From Octopus vulgaris (Eukaryota): a stretch of DNA of 64,000 nt. The stretch is taken from positions 40,176,001 to 40,240,000 of the forward strand of contig OX597819.1 in the NCBI GenBank assembly GCA_951406725.2, in the 5' to 3' direction. The notes beneath the pieces are model-generated. The model was not told the DNA's origin. It saw nothing but the letters and a program-made list of their open reading frames with translations, and did not search any database. Below, in pieces: positions 24,301 through 36,784 of the stretch; position 1 is the first letter of the stretch, and each line of letters opens with the position of its first letter. The position numbers were made by a program, and so were the translations under genes.

Positions 24301-24703
24301 AGAAATGCTGGATATAAGAAGCATCAGATGTGGTGTGCAAGAGCGACGCTTGCGATGGTATGGTCATGTGCTGCGGATGGATGAAGAGAGATGTGTGAAG
24401 AAGTGCCACTCCCAAACAGTTGAAGGTATCAGGGGGAGAGGTAGACCCAGGAAGACATGGGATGAGGTAGTCAAGCATGACCTCAGAGCATTGGGCCTCA
24501 CTGAGGCAATGGCGAAGGACCGAGATCTCTGGAGATATGCTGTGACTACAAAGACCTGGGCTGCTTTCTGCAGCAATTCCACATACCCCCTACCCATTCT
24601 AAGTACCCCGGATCCCCAAAGTACCCTGGATCCCCAAAGTACCCCGATCCCCAAAGTACCCCGGACCTCGCCCAAAGTACCCTGGATCCCCAAAGTACCC
24701 TGA
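21388..24703 (+). pseudogene. RTE ORF (APE endonuclease + reverse transcriptase with PHD-like insert), split by two 1-nt frameshifts
   Basis: Motifs GTINVGTL, CIQE, GGDFNGHVG, IDFIL, QFGF, FVDLEKAFDRVP, GVHQGSALSPLLF, YADD, FRYLG and RGRPRKTW. Frame breaks lie in C runs at 21508-21522 and 23600-23602. Confidence 0.9.
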
Positions 24704-24727
24704 TCCCCAAAGTACCCCGGACCTCGT
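24601..24727. repeat. ~17-19-bp tandem repeat (~7 copies) at the LINE ORF end
   Basis: AAGTACCC(C/T)GGATCCCCA units. Confidence 0.85.
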
Positions 24728-25362
24728 TGCCCCCGTGCCGCTGACACGTTAAAAGCTCGAACTGATCGTGACCGATGCCGGACCCTCCGGCCCCTGTGCA
24801 GGTGGCACGTAAAAAGCACCCAATCCACTCACGGAGTGGTTGGCGTTAGGAAGGGCATCCAGCCGTAGAAACTCTGCCAGATTCAGACTGGAGCCTGGAG
24901 CGGCCCCTGGCTTCCCAGACCCGGTCGAACCGTCCAACCCGTGCTAGCGCGGAAAGCGGACGTTAAACGATGATGATGATGATGATAAAGTTAATCCAAA
25001 CATGAAAGCACAAAAAAACACAACAACGTGAGGACGTAGAACAAATATGTATTATTGAACACTCAGGAAAGAAGGAAAGAAGGAGGGTTTAATGTTTCGA
25101 GCAGAGCTCTTAGTCGGAAACATAAGAGAAGGAAAGATCCAGAGAAGGGAAGACAGTGGAAAAAAAATCGCCAACGGTACACACATGGTCACATATATAT
25201 TATCATGACTGTGTAGCAAGAAGCTTGCTTTCCAACCACATTGTTCCAGGTTTAGTCCCACTGTGTGGCACTTTGGACAAGCATCTCATCTTATACTATA
25301 GCCTTGGACCAACCAAAACCTTGTGAATGGATCTGGTAGGCTGAAACTGAAAGAAGCCCATC

Positions 25363-25400
<38 letters not shown>

Positions 25401-26468
25401 CTGTCTGTCTGCCTGTCTCCCACTACTGCTTGACAACCAGTGTCTGTGTTTACATCTCCATAACTTAGCAGTTCAGCAATAGAGACTGATAGAATAAGTA
25501 CCAAGCTTTAAAAAAAAAAAAAAGAGTCCTGGGGTCGACTCATTTGACTAAAAATTCTTCAAGGCAGTGCCCCAACATGGCCACAGTCTGAAACAAATAA
25601 AAAATAAATGAAAAATAAAAGAAATATGTATACTATTGAAGTAATAAAGTTCATATCTGTTCACAGAGTGACCAATGGTTTCGCATCCATGAAAACTTAT
25701 CAGACTCTAGTCCAAAGACAAAATTAGCTCTCCACCTCAGTGAGGTGGAAAGTTGTTATGTGTGTGTATGTGTGTGTGTGTGTACGAAAATGAACTGAGG
25801 GAGATAACTCAGAGTGGCCAGTGGCACTTATTTGAATAAGGGAAATACAAGCATATCAAATACAACATAAATTCTTGATTTATTAAGATTATCTCCACCT
25901 CCTGATGATGCATCATGATTACCAAATGGCAATTAAGACCAGCTCCACTCGAGAAGTGGGGAGAATATCAAGAATTTTCCAAACTTGACATACCATTAAG
26001 AAAAAGTACAGACTTTTTGTCTGCAGACAAGAGAACAGTCATGAACACATGTGTCAATAACTATCATTAGCATAACTATTGTCCAACTTTATCTCTCATA
26101 GCCAAAGATCTATATAAGGATTTATACAAAAAATGTTTAAAAGCCTAGGATACATTTATGGCCTAAATTATTTGCATAATCTAAATAAAATTTAGCTAAG
26201 AACAATAATTCAAACTGGTTAGTACCATGTATTTGAACAACATAGGCAAATATAGACATATTAAATGCTACACAATAAAAATTCTTGATTTATTAAAACT
26301 ATCTCTTCCTCTAGAGCAGGGATCACCAAACTATGGCCCACGATCCAGAACCGGCCTGTGAGGTCAGTTCATATAGCCAGCCACTGCACTGTACTTTTTA
26401 TGTAAGTACCTGCAATGAGAGTTCATTTTTGCAGTGATTGTGTTTTAACTTGCATTGCCATGTTAAGT

Positions 26469-26803
26469 GAAGGTGCATGGCTCAGTGGTTAGAGCGTCGA
26501 GCTTACGACTATGAGGTTGTGAGTTTGAATCCTGGACCGGGCTGCGTGTTGTGTTCTTGAGCAAGACACTTTATTTCACGTTGCTCCAGTTCACTCAGCT
26601 GTAGAAATGAGTTGCGACGTCACTGGTGCCAAGCTGTATCGGTCTTTGCTTTTCCTTTGGATGACATCGGTGGCGTGGAAAGGGAAGGCTGGTATGCATG
26701 GGTGACTGCTGGTCTTCCATAAACAACCTTGCCCAGTCTTGTGCTTGGGAGGGTAACTTTCTAGGTGCAATCCCATGGTCATTCATGACCGAAGGGGGTC
26801 TCA
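26469..26803 (+). mobile_element. tRNA-derived SINE (family C) nested in the hAT element
   Basis: A box TGGCTCAGTGG, B box GTTTGAATCC, CORE-like CTTGAGCAAGACACTT. Partial relatives at ~17313-17440 and 53055-53250. Confidence 0.8.
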
Positions 26804-27519
26804 GCATGTTTAAACATTCTCTTCACAAGACTGTTTGCTGAAAATGAATCTGTCACTTGTACAAGTTATAAAATAGTGCATAAGATGACAGAGTGACGAA
26901 AACCGTTTACTGACAGCAACTTCATCAAAGAAGCAGCAAATGACTTGTGTCCTGAGAAAGCCAATTTGCTTGGCAGTATCAGCCTTTCAGCCAGTTCAGC
27001 TGTGCAGAGAACAGAACTTGGAGAGAACATAGTGCTACAGATACATGAGAAAGCTAGGAACTTCTTGTATTCTCCGGTGATGGATGAGTCTACTGATCAC
27101 TCGAGTATGTCACAACTTCATGTTCATTCATGGTGTTAATTTGGACTTTCATATAACAGAATAGTTGACATCCATTTGCAGCATGCACAGAACAACTGGA
27201 GAAGACATTTTCATGGAACTGCAGAAAACTTTACAAGGCTATAACCTTCAGTGGAATCAGCTTCAATGTATCAAAGTTGATGGAGGAAAAAACATGGCTG
27301 GAGAGAGGAAGGGTCTGGTGGGGCAGATCAAGACTAAGTTGGAAGATCTTCAACTTTCAGGTACTCTTTTATACACTGCATTACACATCAGCAAGCACTC
27401 TGTGAGAAAGACAGATATTTCTTGTGTACTGAAACCAGTCGTTTCTGCGGTGAACTTCATTTGGGGTCATGTCCTTAATTATCACCAATTGCAGGCTTTT
27501 CTTGAAGAAATTGATTCTG

Positions 27520-28323
27520 GGATCTTTTCCTTTTGAACGGCAGTTTTCAACACAATTTCTAATTAACTAAACACTTTTAAACTTCATATACTGGTAGAAT
27601 GTGTTTATAAAACATCATTTTTTCTTGGCTTTATTGAGAAAATTCTATAGTTTGTAACATATTTCCACTTTAAAATCGAGCATTTCGGCAATTTTAACCA
27701 ATCAAATACGTCCATTTGGGGTGAAAACACACCGTGCTGTATGAATATGCCCCTCGTTTAAGAAACAGATTGGGTTTGTTTACATTTGCAAAGAAAAAAA
27801 GATACCCTTCCCCCACCCCTAACCCTAACCCTAACTCTAACTGAACCTAACCCTAAAATAGATTGAAATGCAATAGATCGATACTAGGGTTATAATTATG
27901 GGTGACATTTTCATTTGACACCGCTAGAAAAAAATCCCATTTTCTGTAGCGGTGTTGTATGAAAATGTCACCCATAATTATAACCCTAGTATCGATCTAT
28001 TGCATTTCAATCTATTTTAGATTTAGGGTTAGGGTGGGGTTAGGGTTAGGGGTGGGGGAAGGGTATCTTTTTTTCTTCGCAAATGTAAATAAACCCAATC
28101 TGTTTCTGAGGAATGTTTTTACGCCAAATGGAGGTGAGTGATTGGTTAAAATTGCCAAAATGCTCGAAATTAAAGTCGAAATATGTTACAAACTATAGAA
28201 TTTTCTCAATAAAGCCAAGAAAAAATGATGTTCTATAAACACATTCTACCAATATACGAAGTTTAAAAGTGTTTAGTTAACTAGAAATTGTGTTGACATA
28301 TGCCGTTCAAAAGGAAAAGATCC
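27520..28323. mobile_element. Fold-back MITE with 8-bp TSD (TGATTCTG) nested in the hAT transposase
   Basis: GGATCTTTTCCTTTTGAACGGCA...TGCCGTTCAAAAGGAAAAGATCC, ~400-bp arms. Removal restores EEIDSEFCDLPYHTAVRWLS. Confidence 0.9.
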
Positions 28324-28469
28324 TGATTCTGAATTCTGTGACTTGCCTTATCACACAGCAGTGAGGTGGCTCAGCTGCAATAAAGTCCTCTTTAATTTTT
28401 ATAAGCTCCAAAGAGAAATAGATATTATTCTCACTGAAAAGGATAGAGCTGATCCACTTGTCAGATCCT

Positions 28470-28880
28470 TATTTCTTTATTGCCCACAAGGGGCTAAACA
28501 TAGAGGGGACAAACAAGGACAAAGGGATTAAGTCGATTACATCGACCCCAGTGCATAACTGGTACTTAATTTATCGACCCTGAAAGGATGAAAGGCAAAG
28601 TCAACCTCGGCGGAATTTGAACTCAGAACGTAACAGCAGACAAAATACCTATTTCTTTATTACCCACAAGGGACTAAACATAGAGGGGACAAACGAGGAC
28701 AGACATAGGTATTAAGTCGATTACATCGACCCCAGTGCGTAACTGGTACTTAATTTATCAACCCCGAAAGGATGAAAGGTAATGTCGACCTCGGCGGAAT
28801 TTGAACTCACAACATAACAGCAGATGAAATACCGCTAAGCATTTCACCCGGCGTGGTAACGTTTCTGCCAGCTCGCCGCC
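28470..28880 (-). mobile_element. tRNA-derived SINE (family B), partially duplicated, 14-bp TSD
   Basis: TSD ACTTGTCAGATCCT at 28456-28469 and 28881-28894; head GGCGGCGAGCTGGCAGAA..GTTCAAATTCC. Confidence 0.85.
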
Positions 28881-30827
28881 ACTTGTCAGATCCTACCAGG
28901 CAGTCAAAGTTGTCATTTTTGGTTGACATCTCATCCCACATGAATGAATTGAACTTGAAACTTCAGAGAAAGGATAACCTTATCTGTGATCTCTACAGAA
29001 TCATCAAAGGATTTCAGAGAAAGCTATCATTGCTCAAAGCAAACTTCTCATCTTCAGTGTTTTAAAGAGCTATGCACTGGAATCACAGATGTCAACCTCA
29101 AGTTTCTGAAGAAGATTATTCATAATTAAAATAAGCATTTTTTGGAGATTTTCAGATCTCAACAGAAGTGAGAGTGACATTCTTCTGTTCTAGAATCTGT
29201 TTGATTGTAAACTTGATGACATGCCAGTCACACTACAGTTGGTGCTCATTGATTTGCAAGCAAATGACTTGTTGAAAGAGAAGTACAGAGAAGGAAAACT
29301 TGTTGAATTTTATCACTGCTTACCTGATCATGAGTTTTCAGATTCGAAAAAATTTGCCTCTGGCATGGCTTCAGTGATTGGAACAACTTATGTCTGTGAA
29401 GTCAGCACATCAAATGAGGTTGACTGATGAACAATTGAAAGGGATTCTCTTGGTTGGATGCAGCAATTCCAAAGCAAATATTGATATCTTAAAATCTAAA
29501 CAACAACACTAACCATTTTTGCTGCTTAGTTTGTAAGATCCGGAAATGTGCGCACTGGGTGTGATATAACTATCTTATTGTTAACATGACCTTCTTTGAT
29601 AACTTTATAGTAAATAAATATGTTGGTTGTCTTTATTTTTTGTGTATTAACTGTATTGTATTAAACAAAATGGTTATGTGGCCTGTGCTCATCATTCTTT
29701 CAGTTATCTAGCCTGCTGTGAAAAAAGTTTGGTGACCCCTGCTCTAAAAGATGTATCATAATTACCAAATGTTAATTAAAGCCACCCCACTGGAGAAGAG
29801 GAGATGATCTGAAGACTCAAGAAATCTCAAAAATTGACATACGTTTAAGGAAAAAGACGGAGATAAGAGGACATTTGTGGACAGGTATTTCTGACTCAGT
29901 AGCCATCATCACCACAATTGCCTGACCTTTCAATGAAATGTCTAAGCTGTCGTCTTCCAGGTTTAAAACATTTAAAAGGTTAATCTTTTAAATGTCTCAA
30001 ACACGCAGGCTAGCAGGTAAATGTCAAACTTATAAAATAAAGTAAAATAACATTGAAACCCTTGTGTTCATTTTGATTATCTCACACTGATCTAGCATCG
30101 CTAGCCAACATGGGCTGGCCTTCCAAATATACTGTTGGAACCATAAGAAAAATATAACAATTATAATGCGAAAAATTAGATTTTTTATTAGGTATCTCTT
30201 TAAATAAACACATGCTAAAAGCTCCGCACGAGTTTATACGACCCTACTCGAAATGTTAGTAGCGACTGACTTATTTAATGACTCAGTTATTAAATAACGA
30301 TTTACATAATTGCATAATCACTCTAAGAATATATCTAATAGAGAAATAAGCTAAAAAAAGACGGTGAAGCAAAGATGAATAAGGGAAAGAGTTGTGGCGA
30401 GCAAAGTTTACTTTTTAGACCTATTTTGATGCTGAATGAATAGACTTATGACCAAAGGCATTCTAACCGTGATCATCCCGTCTTTTAAAACATAGTTTAT
30501 ATGACTACCTTAGCCTATATGCACTTCACCAACTTTTTTTAATCTGTAAGGTATGATTTCAGAGAAATTCGGTTGCTATTTCTAGTATGTTGAACGACGA
30601 CGTAGAGGCTTTCTTGTTTGATTAACATGGTGTCTTTCAAGTAAAATAAGTGCCTGGTAACGATTGCATTGTTTTTGACAATAATGGTCATCATCGGTAT
30701 ATTAAATGATGATTTCTGCAAATTTTTACTATTATATCCGACTGACTTTGAACGAGTTATTTCCAACGTTGTTTTTTTTTTTTAATGGTTTGATTCGTTC
30801 AAAATGCATCAAAAATCATAGAAAAAG

Positions 30828-30920
30828 CATAAATTTCACCTTCAAAATGAGACGGGTGTAAATTTTACCTTCAAAATGAGACGGGAATAAATTCCAGCTT
30901 CAGTATGAGACTGGTGTAAT
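30828..30920. repeat. ~29-bp tandem repeat, 3 copies
   Basis: TAAATTT(C/T)ACCTTCAAAATGAGACGGG(T/A) units. Confidence 0.8.
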
Positions 30921-32548
30921 AGTAAATTCGTGCCGTTTAATTTTGCTTTTCTATAGCATTTATATCGATGTGTAACACAAGTTCAAACACAAAGCACAAA
31001 GATCAAAATTTTGGAGGAGTTGGGTACAATCGTTTTGATCGACGCTACAACTTGACTGGTACTTATTTTATCGATCCCACATGGATGAAAAGCAAAGATG
31101 ACCATAGCGGGATATAAACTCAGAATGTAAAGAACCGTAATTAAATATGGCAGGCATTTTCTCCGATGCTCTAACGATTCAGACCACTCACTGTCTAGAC
31201 CTAATTATGTCATTCCCTTCTAATTTCATAGCCAAGTAAACACCTCAGTAAATCAAAATTATTTTATTGAAGCATCATAACAACAGGCCAAAAACTGCTA
31301 AGTTAAAAATCAAGTGCTTGTTAACTTACAAGATTATGTCTTCATGTTGCCAAATTATTGCGACCGGAGTCCATCGAACAGTTAGAGAGAAAGTTAACGA
31401 AAGTACATTTGCTCCGAAATATCAGTTGATGTCATAATAGTCTTTTATGATGACGTCACTATTGATTAACAATTAGCTTAACAAGGAAAATCCTCAGCAA
31501 GTGCTTCTCTTACAAACCATTTCTTGAAAAAAAGATCACCCCAGTTTTATGATAAAAACACAGCTAAGTTATTATACATATGTGCAATTTTTGCTCAACT
31601 GCCAATTTTTAAATGAAGTATTTTTTAGATTTAAAAGTCGAAGAAACATTACTGTACTATAACTTTCACCTCATTTGGCATGTAATATCCGAGTGCAAAC
31701 AAATAACATCACCTAGAATGGTGAATATATTGTTCACCTCAAAGTAAAATTAGAAAAGAAAATAAACTAAGCAAACCATTAACTTAAGCAATTTAGAACG
31801 ATGGAGCAAACTCCGGCTCTTCTTTTACAGAGCCCCACGAAAGCGAAATTATTTGTCCTGTCTAAAGAAACTGTTTTCTATGCAAAAAAAAAAAAAGAAG
31901 AAAGAACGAAAGTAATATAGTGAACAGACGTGGCTGTGTGGTAAGAAGTTTGCTCTTCAACCACATGATTTTGGGTTCAATTCCACCGAATGACACTTTC
32001 GTCAAATGTCTTTAATTATATAGCTCTTTGAGAAGAGTTAGTAAACAAACTGAAAGAAGCCTCTCTGTGTGCGTGCGCGCACGAGTGTGTGTGTTGGTTC
32101 CCGTAACTTAGTAGTTCGGCAAAAAAGGCCGATAGAATACGTACCAGGCTTTTTAAAAAAAGCATAAGTACTGGGTTCGCTTTGTTCGATTAAATCCGAT
32201 AAGGCAATGCCCCAGCATGGCCGCGCTCTAATGGCTGAAACAAGAAGAAATAGTATGTCGATGAATTACTGTAAAAGATCTAATGTGACGTTATCATTGA
32301 GATTGGATCTACCAAATATATTGGTTTCAGGTTTTGGCCCAAGGCCAGCAATTTCGTGAGAGGGGTTAAGTCGATTACATCGACCCCCCAATGCTCAACT
32401 GTTACTTATTTTATCAATCCCGAAAGAAGAAGTCGACCCTGGTGGAGCATAAAGACAGCGAAAAGCCGCTGAGCATTTTACCCGGCGTGCTAACGGTTCT
32501 GCTAGTTGACTGCCCTGGATCCATCAAATATATTAATTATATCCCTGA

Positions 32549-32939
32549 ATAGCAGTATCGCCCGGCTTGCTCGGGTTTGTTTCGACCCTTTAGAATTGGA
32601 ATTTTTGAAAAGTAAAAATTTTGCATTATGTAGCTTGTTATTCTCTTTAAGTAAACATTTTTCTGGTTGAAATACATCGAAAAATGGCGACACAGCAGTC
32701 AAAAAATCGTAAAAATTAGGGATTTTCATAGAAAAAAAGCACCTTTTTGATGTAAATAATTTTTGGTGTTAACATGGTCCGATTCGAATTTTTTCTTCTA
32801 CGGAAGGAAGAGCAAGCCTTCTTCTATCATACTCTCAATTTTGGTCAAATTGCGCTGCAGGGTCTCGGAGGAGATAGTGTTAGTTGAAGGCTACCAAACC
32901 TGCCATACACAGACAACTTCAGGTTTATATAGAGAGAGA
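32549..32939 (-). mobile_element. Non-autonomous Helitron, inverted partner of 33505-33896
   Basis: Reverse complement of 33505-33896. Confidence 0.8.
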
Positions 32940-33504
32940 TTAACGTAACAAAGTATGGCTTATTATCCAAGTGTATCGAATGTTACCAGGACAGAAAGTA
33001 ATTTTTCAGCAAAGTTGTCCATCCTCCATTTCGACTTTTCGCCCATGAAATACTTACCCTTTTTGCCCTCCGAAAGACTCACATTTGTTTTTGAACCTGG
33101 GAAACTCACTTAGACATGGAACTCCCACTTTCGAGGAGCCCTATAAATGAAGAACTTACGATCTTTCCCCAAAATATAAATAACGTTAAGCTCTTTTTGT
33201 ATATTAACGTATACAAACATTTGCTTGCTCTTAAGTAATGTTTAAGTGCTCTTAAAATCGTTAGCCGAGACCCTTGTCCGTATCTTTAAGTGCTTTTCTT
33301 TAATAATTCGTTATATTTACGTTGAGAGTCAGCATCTATGTTGTGATAATTAAGATAAATATATTTATAATTCTCACATTAGGTCAACCACTACGAATGA
33401 AATCTCAAACTAATAGCACTTATTGGAGCTCATTAAAATCTTTCTTTTGTTTTATATTTTATCCTTCGATACTTTTGTTCCCTCTTTTCGTTGTTTTTTA
33501 CTTA

Positions 33505-33896
33505 TCTCTCTATATATAAAGCTGAAGTTGTCTGTGTATGACAGGTTTGGTAGCCTTCAACTAACACTATTTCCTCCGAGACCCTGCGGCACAAGTTGAC
33601 CAAAATTGAGAGTATGATAGAAGAAGGCTTGCTCTTCCTTCCCTAGAAGAAAAAATTCAAATCGGACCATGTTAACACCAAAAATTATTTACATCAAAAA
33701 GATGCTTTTTTTCTATGAAAATCCCTATTTTTAATGATTTTTTGACTGCTGTGTCGCCATTTTTCAGTGTATTTCAACCAGAAAAATGTTCACCTAAAGA
33801 GAATAACAAGCTACATAATGCAAAATTTTTACTTTTCAAAAATTCCAATTCTAAAGGGTCGAAACAAGCCCGAGCAACACCGGGCGATACTGCTAG
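33505..33896 (+). mobile_element. Non-autonomous Helitron
   Basis: A|TCTCTCTATATATAAA ... CCCGAGCAACACCGGG hairpin, CGATACTG-CTAG|T: canonical Helitron termini, no TSD. Confidence 0.85.
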
Positions 33897-34489
33897 TGGT
33901 ATGATAAACTGCAACTAGTTTGTTTTTAAGTACCAAATGGAATGCAGGTAGGCCTATTCCTCCCAGATTATCAGCGATAAACTTCGTTAATAATCACTAA
34001 TCTAACAAAACCTTAAAATTAAGGCATGCCTCCACATCTGTGTCCTCCAACTCCTACGACTTGAAATTTTCGAACCTTTTCGCTTTGACCGGTAGTTTTT
34101 TAAAATTCAGGTTGTGTAGACTCTGATTATATCGGAATTTGTTGAAAAAGAGTAGTTTCGGAAAATTTACGAGTCGGCTTTGTTTCTTCATAACTTTCGA
34201 AAAAAATTGGTACTTTTTTTGCAATTTTCTATAAATACTTTTCAGAGTGTGCAAATTACGATTATATTATTATTTCAAATTTAAAAAATTAGCACACTCG
34301 CATCACAATTTTTTTTTTTTTTTAATTTCAAGTTTCATTTTGTAGATATATATTTGTTTTTTATTACCCACAAGGGGCTAAACATAAAGGAGACAAACAA
34401 AGACAGACAAAGGGATTAAGTCGATTACATCGACCCCAGTGCGTAAATGGTACTTAATTTATCGACCCCGAAAGGATGAAAGGCAAAGT

Positions 34490-36677
34490 CGCGCTAATAC
34501 CCAGACGGGCTCAATAGGAATCACAACTATAAGATACCCGAATTTGGTGAAACTGCACCGCAAAATGTGAGAGTAGTTAGGAATCTAAATCGGGAGACAG
34601 ACACTCACACAACTTCACTTTTATATATATACTAGCAGTATCGCCCGGCGTTGCTCAGGTTTGTAAGGGAAATAACTATATAAGCATTTTTAGTGAGTTA
34701 TAGCAAAAAAATAGCAAAAAATGCATTAAAAATGGAATAAAAAATGATGGTAATTTTTTTTTAAATCGTTGACTCATCGTAGACATTTTTAGAGAGCTAC
34801 TTCCCTTATATAATAGCAAAAAATGCATTAAAATGGAATAAAAAATGATGGTAATTTTTTTTTAACCGTTGACTCATCGTAGACATTTTTAGAGAGTTAC
34901 TTTCCTTATATAATAGCGAAAAAGGCATTAAAATGGAATAAAAAATTATGGTAAATTTTTTTAAAATCATAGACTCATCGTAGACGCGCGCTAATACCCA
35001 GAAGGGCTCGATATGAATCACGACTATAAGATACCCGGTTTTGGTTACACTGCACCGCAAAATGTGGGAGTAGTTAGGAATCTAAATCGTAGGAGACAGA
35101 CACACAACCTTACTTTTATATATAAAGATTTGTGCAACAACTAAAACATTCGGTTGTGCAAATTGTTTGCACAGGAAACCTGCCCTGTGTGGCGGTTTTT
35201 GCCGTTTTTGTGGATCTGTTTCAGCTTTTTTAGCGATTTCTGTTTTGGCGACTTCAAGCCATGAAGTCGTTGTTCTAAAAGAACGCTGGTCTCCTTGACA
35301 ACGCATTACGACGTTGATTTCCTTACACTCCCTTCCCCACAGCTTCACGAGGGAGGGAAGAAGGGGGAGAAGCAACACAGGTGCAGATGTGAGCGTGGAC
35401 GCCAACTCCGCCGCCATCGACACACGAAAAATTATGCATTAAAATGGAATAAAAAATGATGTTAAATTATTTTTAAAATCGTAGACTCATCGTAGACGCG
35501 CGCTAATAGCCAGACGGGCTCGATATTAATCACGACTATAAGATACCCGAATTTGGTTAAACTGCACCGCAAAATGTGGGAGGAGTTAGGAATCTAAATC
35601 GTAGGAGACAGACACTCACACAACTACAGTTTTATATATATACTAGCAGTATCGCCCGGCGTTGCTCGGGTTTGTAAGGGAAATAACTATATAAGCATTT
35701 TTAGAGAGTTACTTCCTTTATAGATGCCAATTCGGGCTTTCTTAGCCATTTCTGTTTTGGTGTCTTCAAGCCATGAAGTCGTTGTTCTAAAAGAACGCTG
35801 GTCTCCTTGACAACGCATTACGACGTTGATTTCCTTAAACTCCCTTCCCCACAGCTTCACGAGGGAGGGAAGAAGGGGAGAAGCAAACACAGGTGCAGGT
35901 GTTTGAGCGTGGACGCCAACTCCGGCGCCATCGACACACGAAAAATTATGCATTAAAATGGAATAAAAAATGATGTTAAATTATTTTTAAAATCGTAGAT
36001 TCATCATAGACGCGCGCTAATAGCCAGACGGGCTCGATATTAATTACGACTATAAGATACCCGAATTTGGTTAAACTGCACCGCAAAATGTGGGAGGAGT
36101 TAGGAATCTAAATCGAAGGGGACAGACACTCACACAACTACAGTTTTATATATATAGATAGACTAGCAGTATCGCCTGGCGTTGCTCGGGTTTGTAAGGG
36201 AAATAACTATACAAGCATTTTTAGAGAGTTACTTCCTTTATAGATGCCAATTCGGGCTTTCTTAGCCATTTCTGTTTTGGTGTATTCAAGCCATGAAGTC
36301 GTTGTTCTAAAAGAACGCTGGTCTCCTTGACAACGCTTTACGACGTTGATTTCCTTAAACTCCCTTCCCCACAGCTTCACGAGGGAGGGAAGAAGGGGGA
36401 GAAGCAAACGCAGGTGCCGGTGTGACCATGGACGCCAACTCCGCCGCCATCGACACATGAAAAATTATGCATTAAAATGGAATAAAAAATGATGCTAAAT
36501 TATTTTTAAAATCGTAGACTCATCGTAGACGCGCGCTAATACTCAGACGGGCTTGATATGAATCACGACTATAAGATACCCGAATTTGGTTAAACTGCAC
36601 CACAAAATGTGGGAGTAGTTAGGAATCTAAATCGAAGGGGACAGACACTCACACAATTACAGTTTTATATATATAGA
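34490..36677 (-). mobile_element. Head-to-tail array of ~500-bp non-autonomous Helitron units
   Basis: CTAG ends at 34632, 35643 and 36163. About 4.3 units with shared blocks, which explains the three repeated ORFs at 35082, 35687 and 36207. Confidence 0.85.
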
Positions 36678-36784
36678 TATGTGTATTAGTATGTAAGTGT
36701 TCAAGTCCACCAATTTTGTTTTTCATATTAAATTCCGTTATAATCGCAGTCTAAACACTTTGAAAGGTATTTATATAAACTCTT

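Larger units (their letters stand above)
20417..24985 (+). mobile_element. Near full-length RTE-clade LINE (~4.6 kb)
   Basis: About 1-kb pyrimidine-rich 5' region, APE-RT ORF, 3' UTR containing GGCGTTAGGAAGGGCATCCAGC and a (GAT)n tail. Begins directly after a (TA)n tract; no clear TSD. Confidence 0.93.
26317..29741 (+). mobile_element. Decayed hAT (Buster/Charlie; SPIN/GTF2IRD2-like) DNA transposon
   Basis: TIRs CAGGGATCACCAAACT / AGTTTGGTGACCCCTG; imperfect 8-bp TSD CTCTAGAG/CTCTAAAA. Transposase pieces KPFTD, CPEK, MDESTD, DGGKNM, LPYHTAVRWLS, FLVDISSHMNELNLKLQ, LIDLQ, GTTYVCE. Confidence 0.9.

Noticed and set aside
22403-24828. Antisense ORFs over the LINE
   Set aside because: Shadow frames of the APE-RT ORF with no recognisable domains.
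26469-26545. tRNA gene
   Set aside because: A/B boxes run into a SINE body, there is no proper acceptor stem, and relatives are dispersed.
27817-28051. Inverted telomeric repeats suggesting a chromosome fusion site
   Set aside because: Short, degenerate and internal to the arms of a TSD-flanked MITE.
35082-36458. Three paralogous small genes (LVKLWGRE..RCQGDQRSFRTTTSW)
   Set aside because: They are the same segment of tandem Helitron units, with inconsistent starts and ends.
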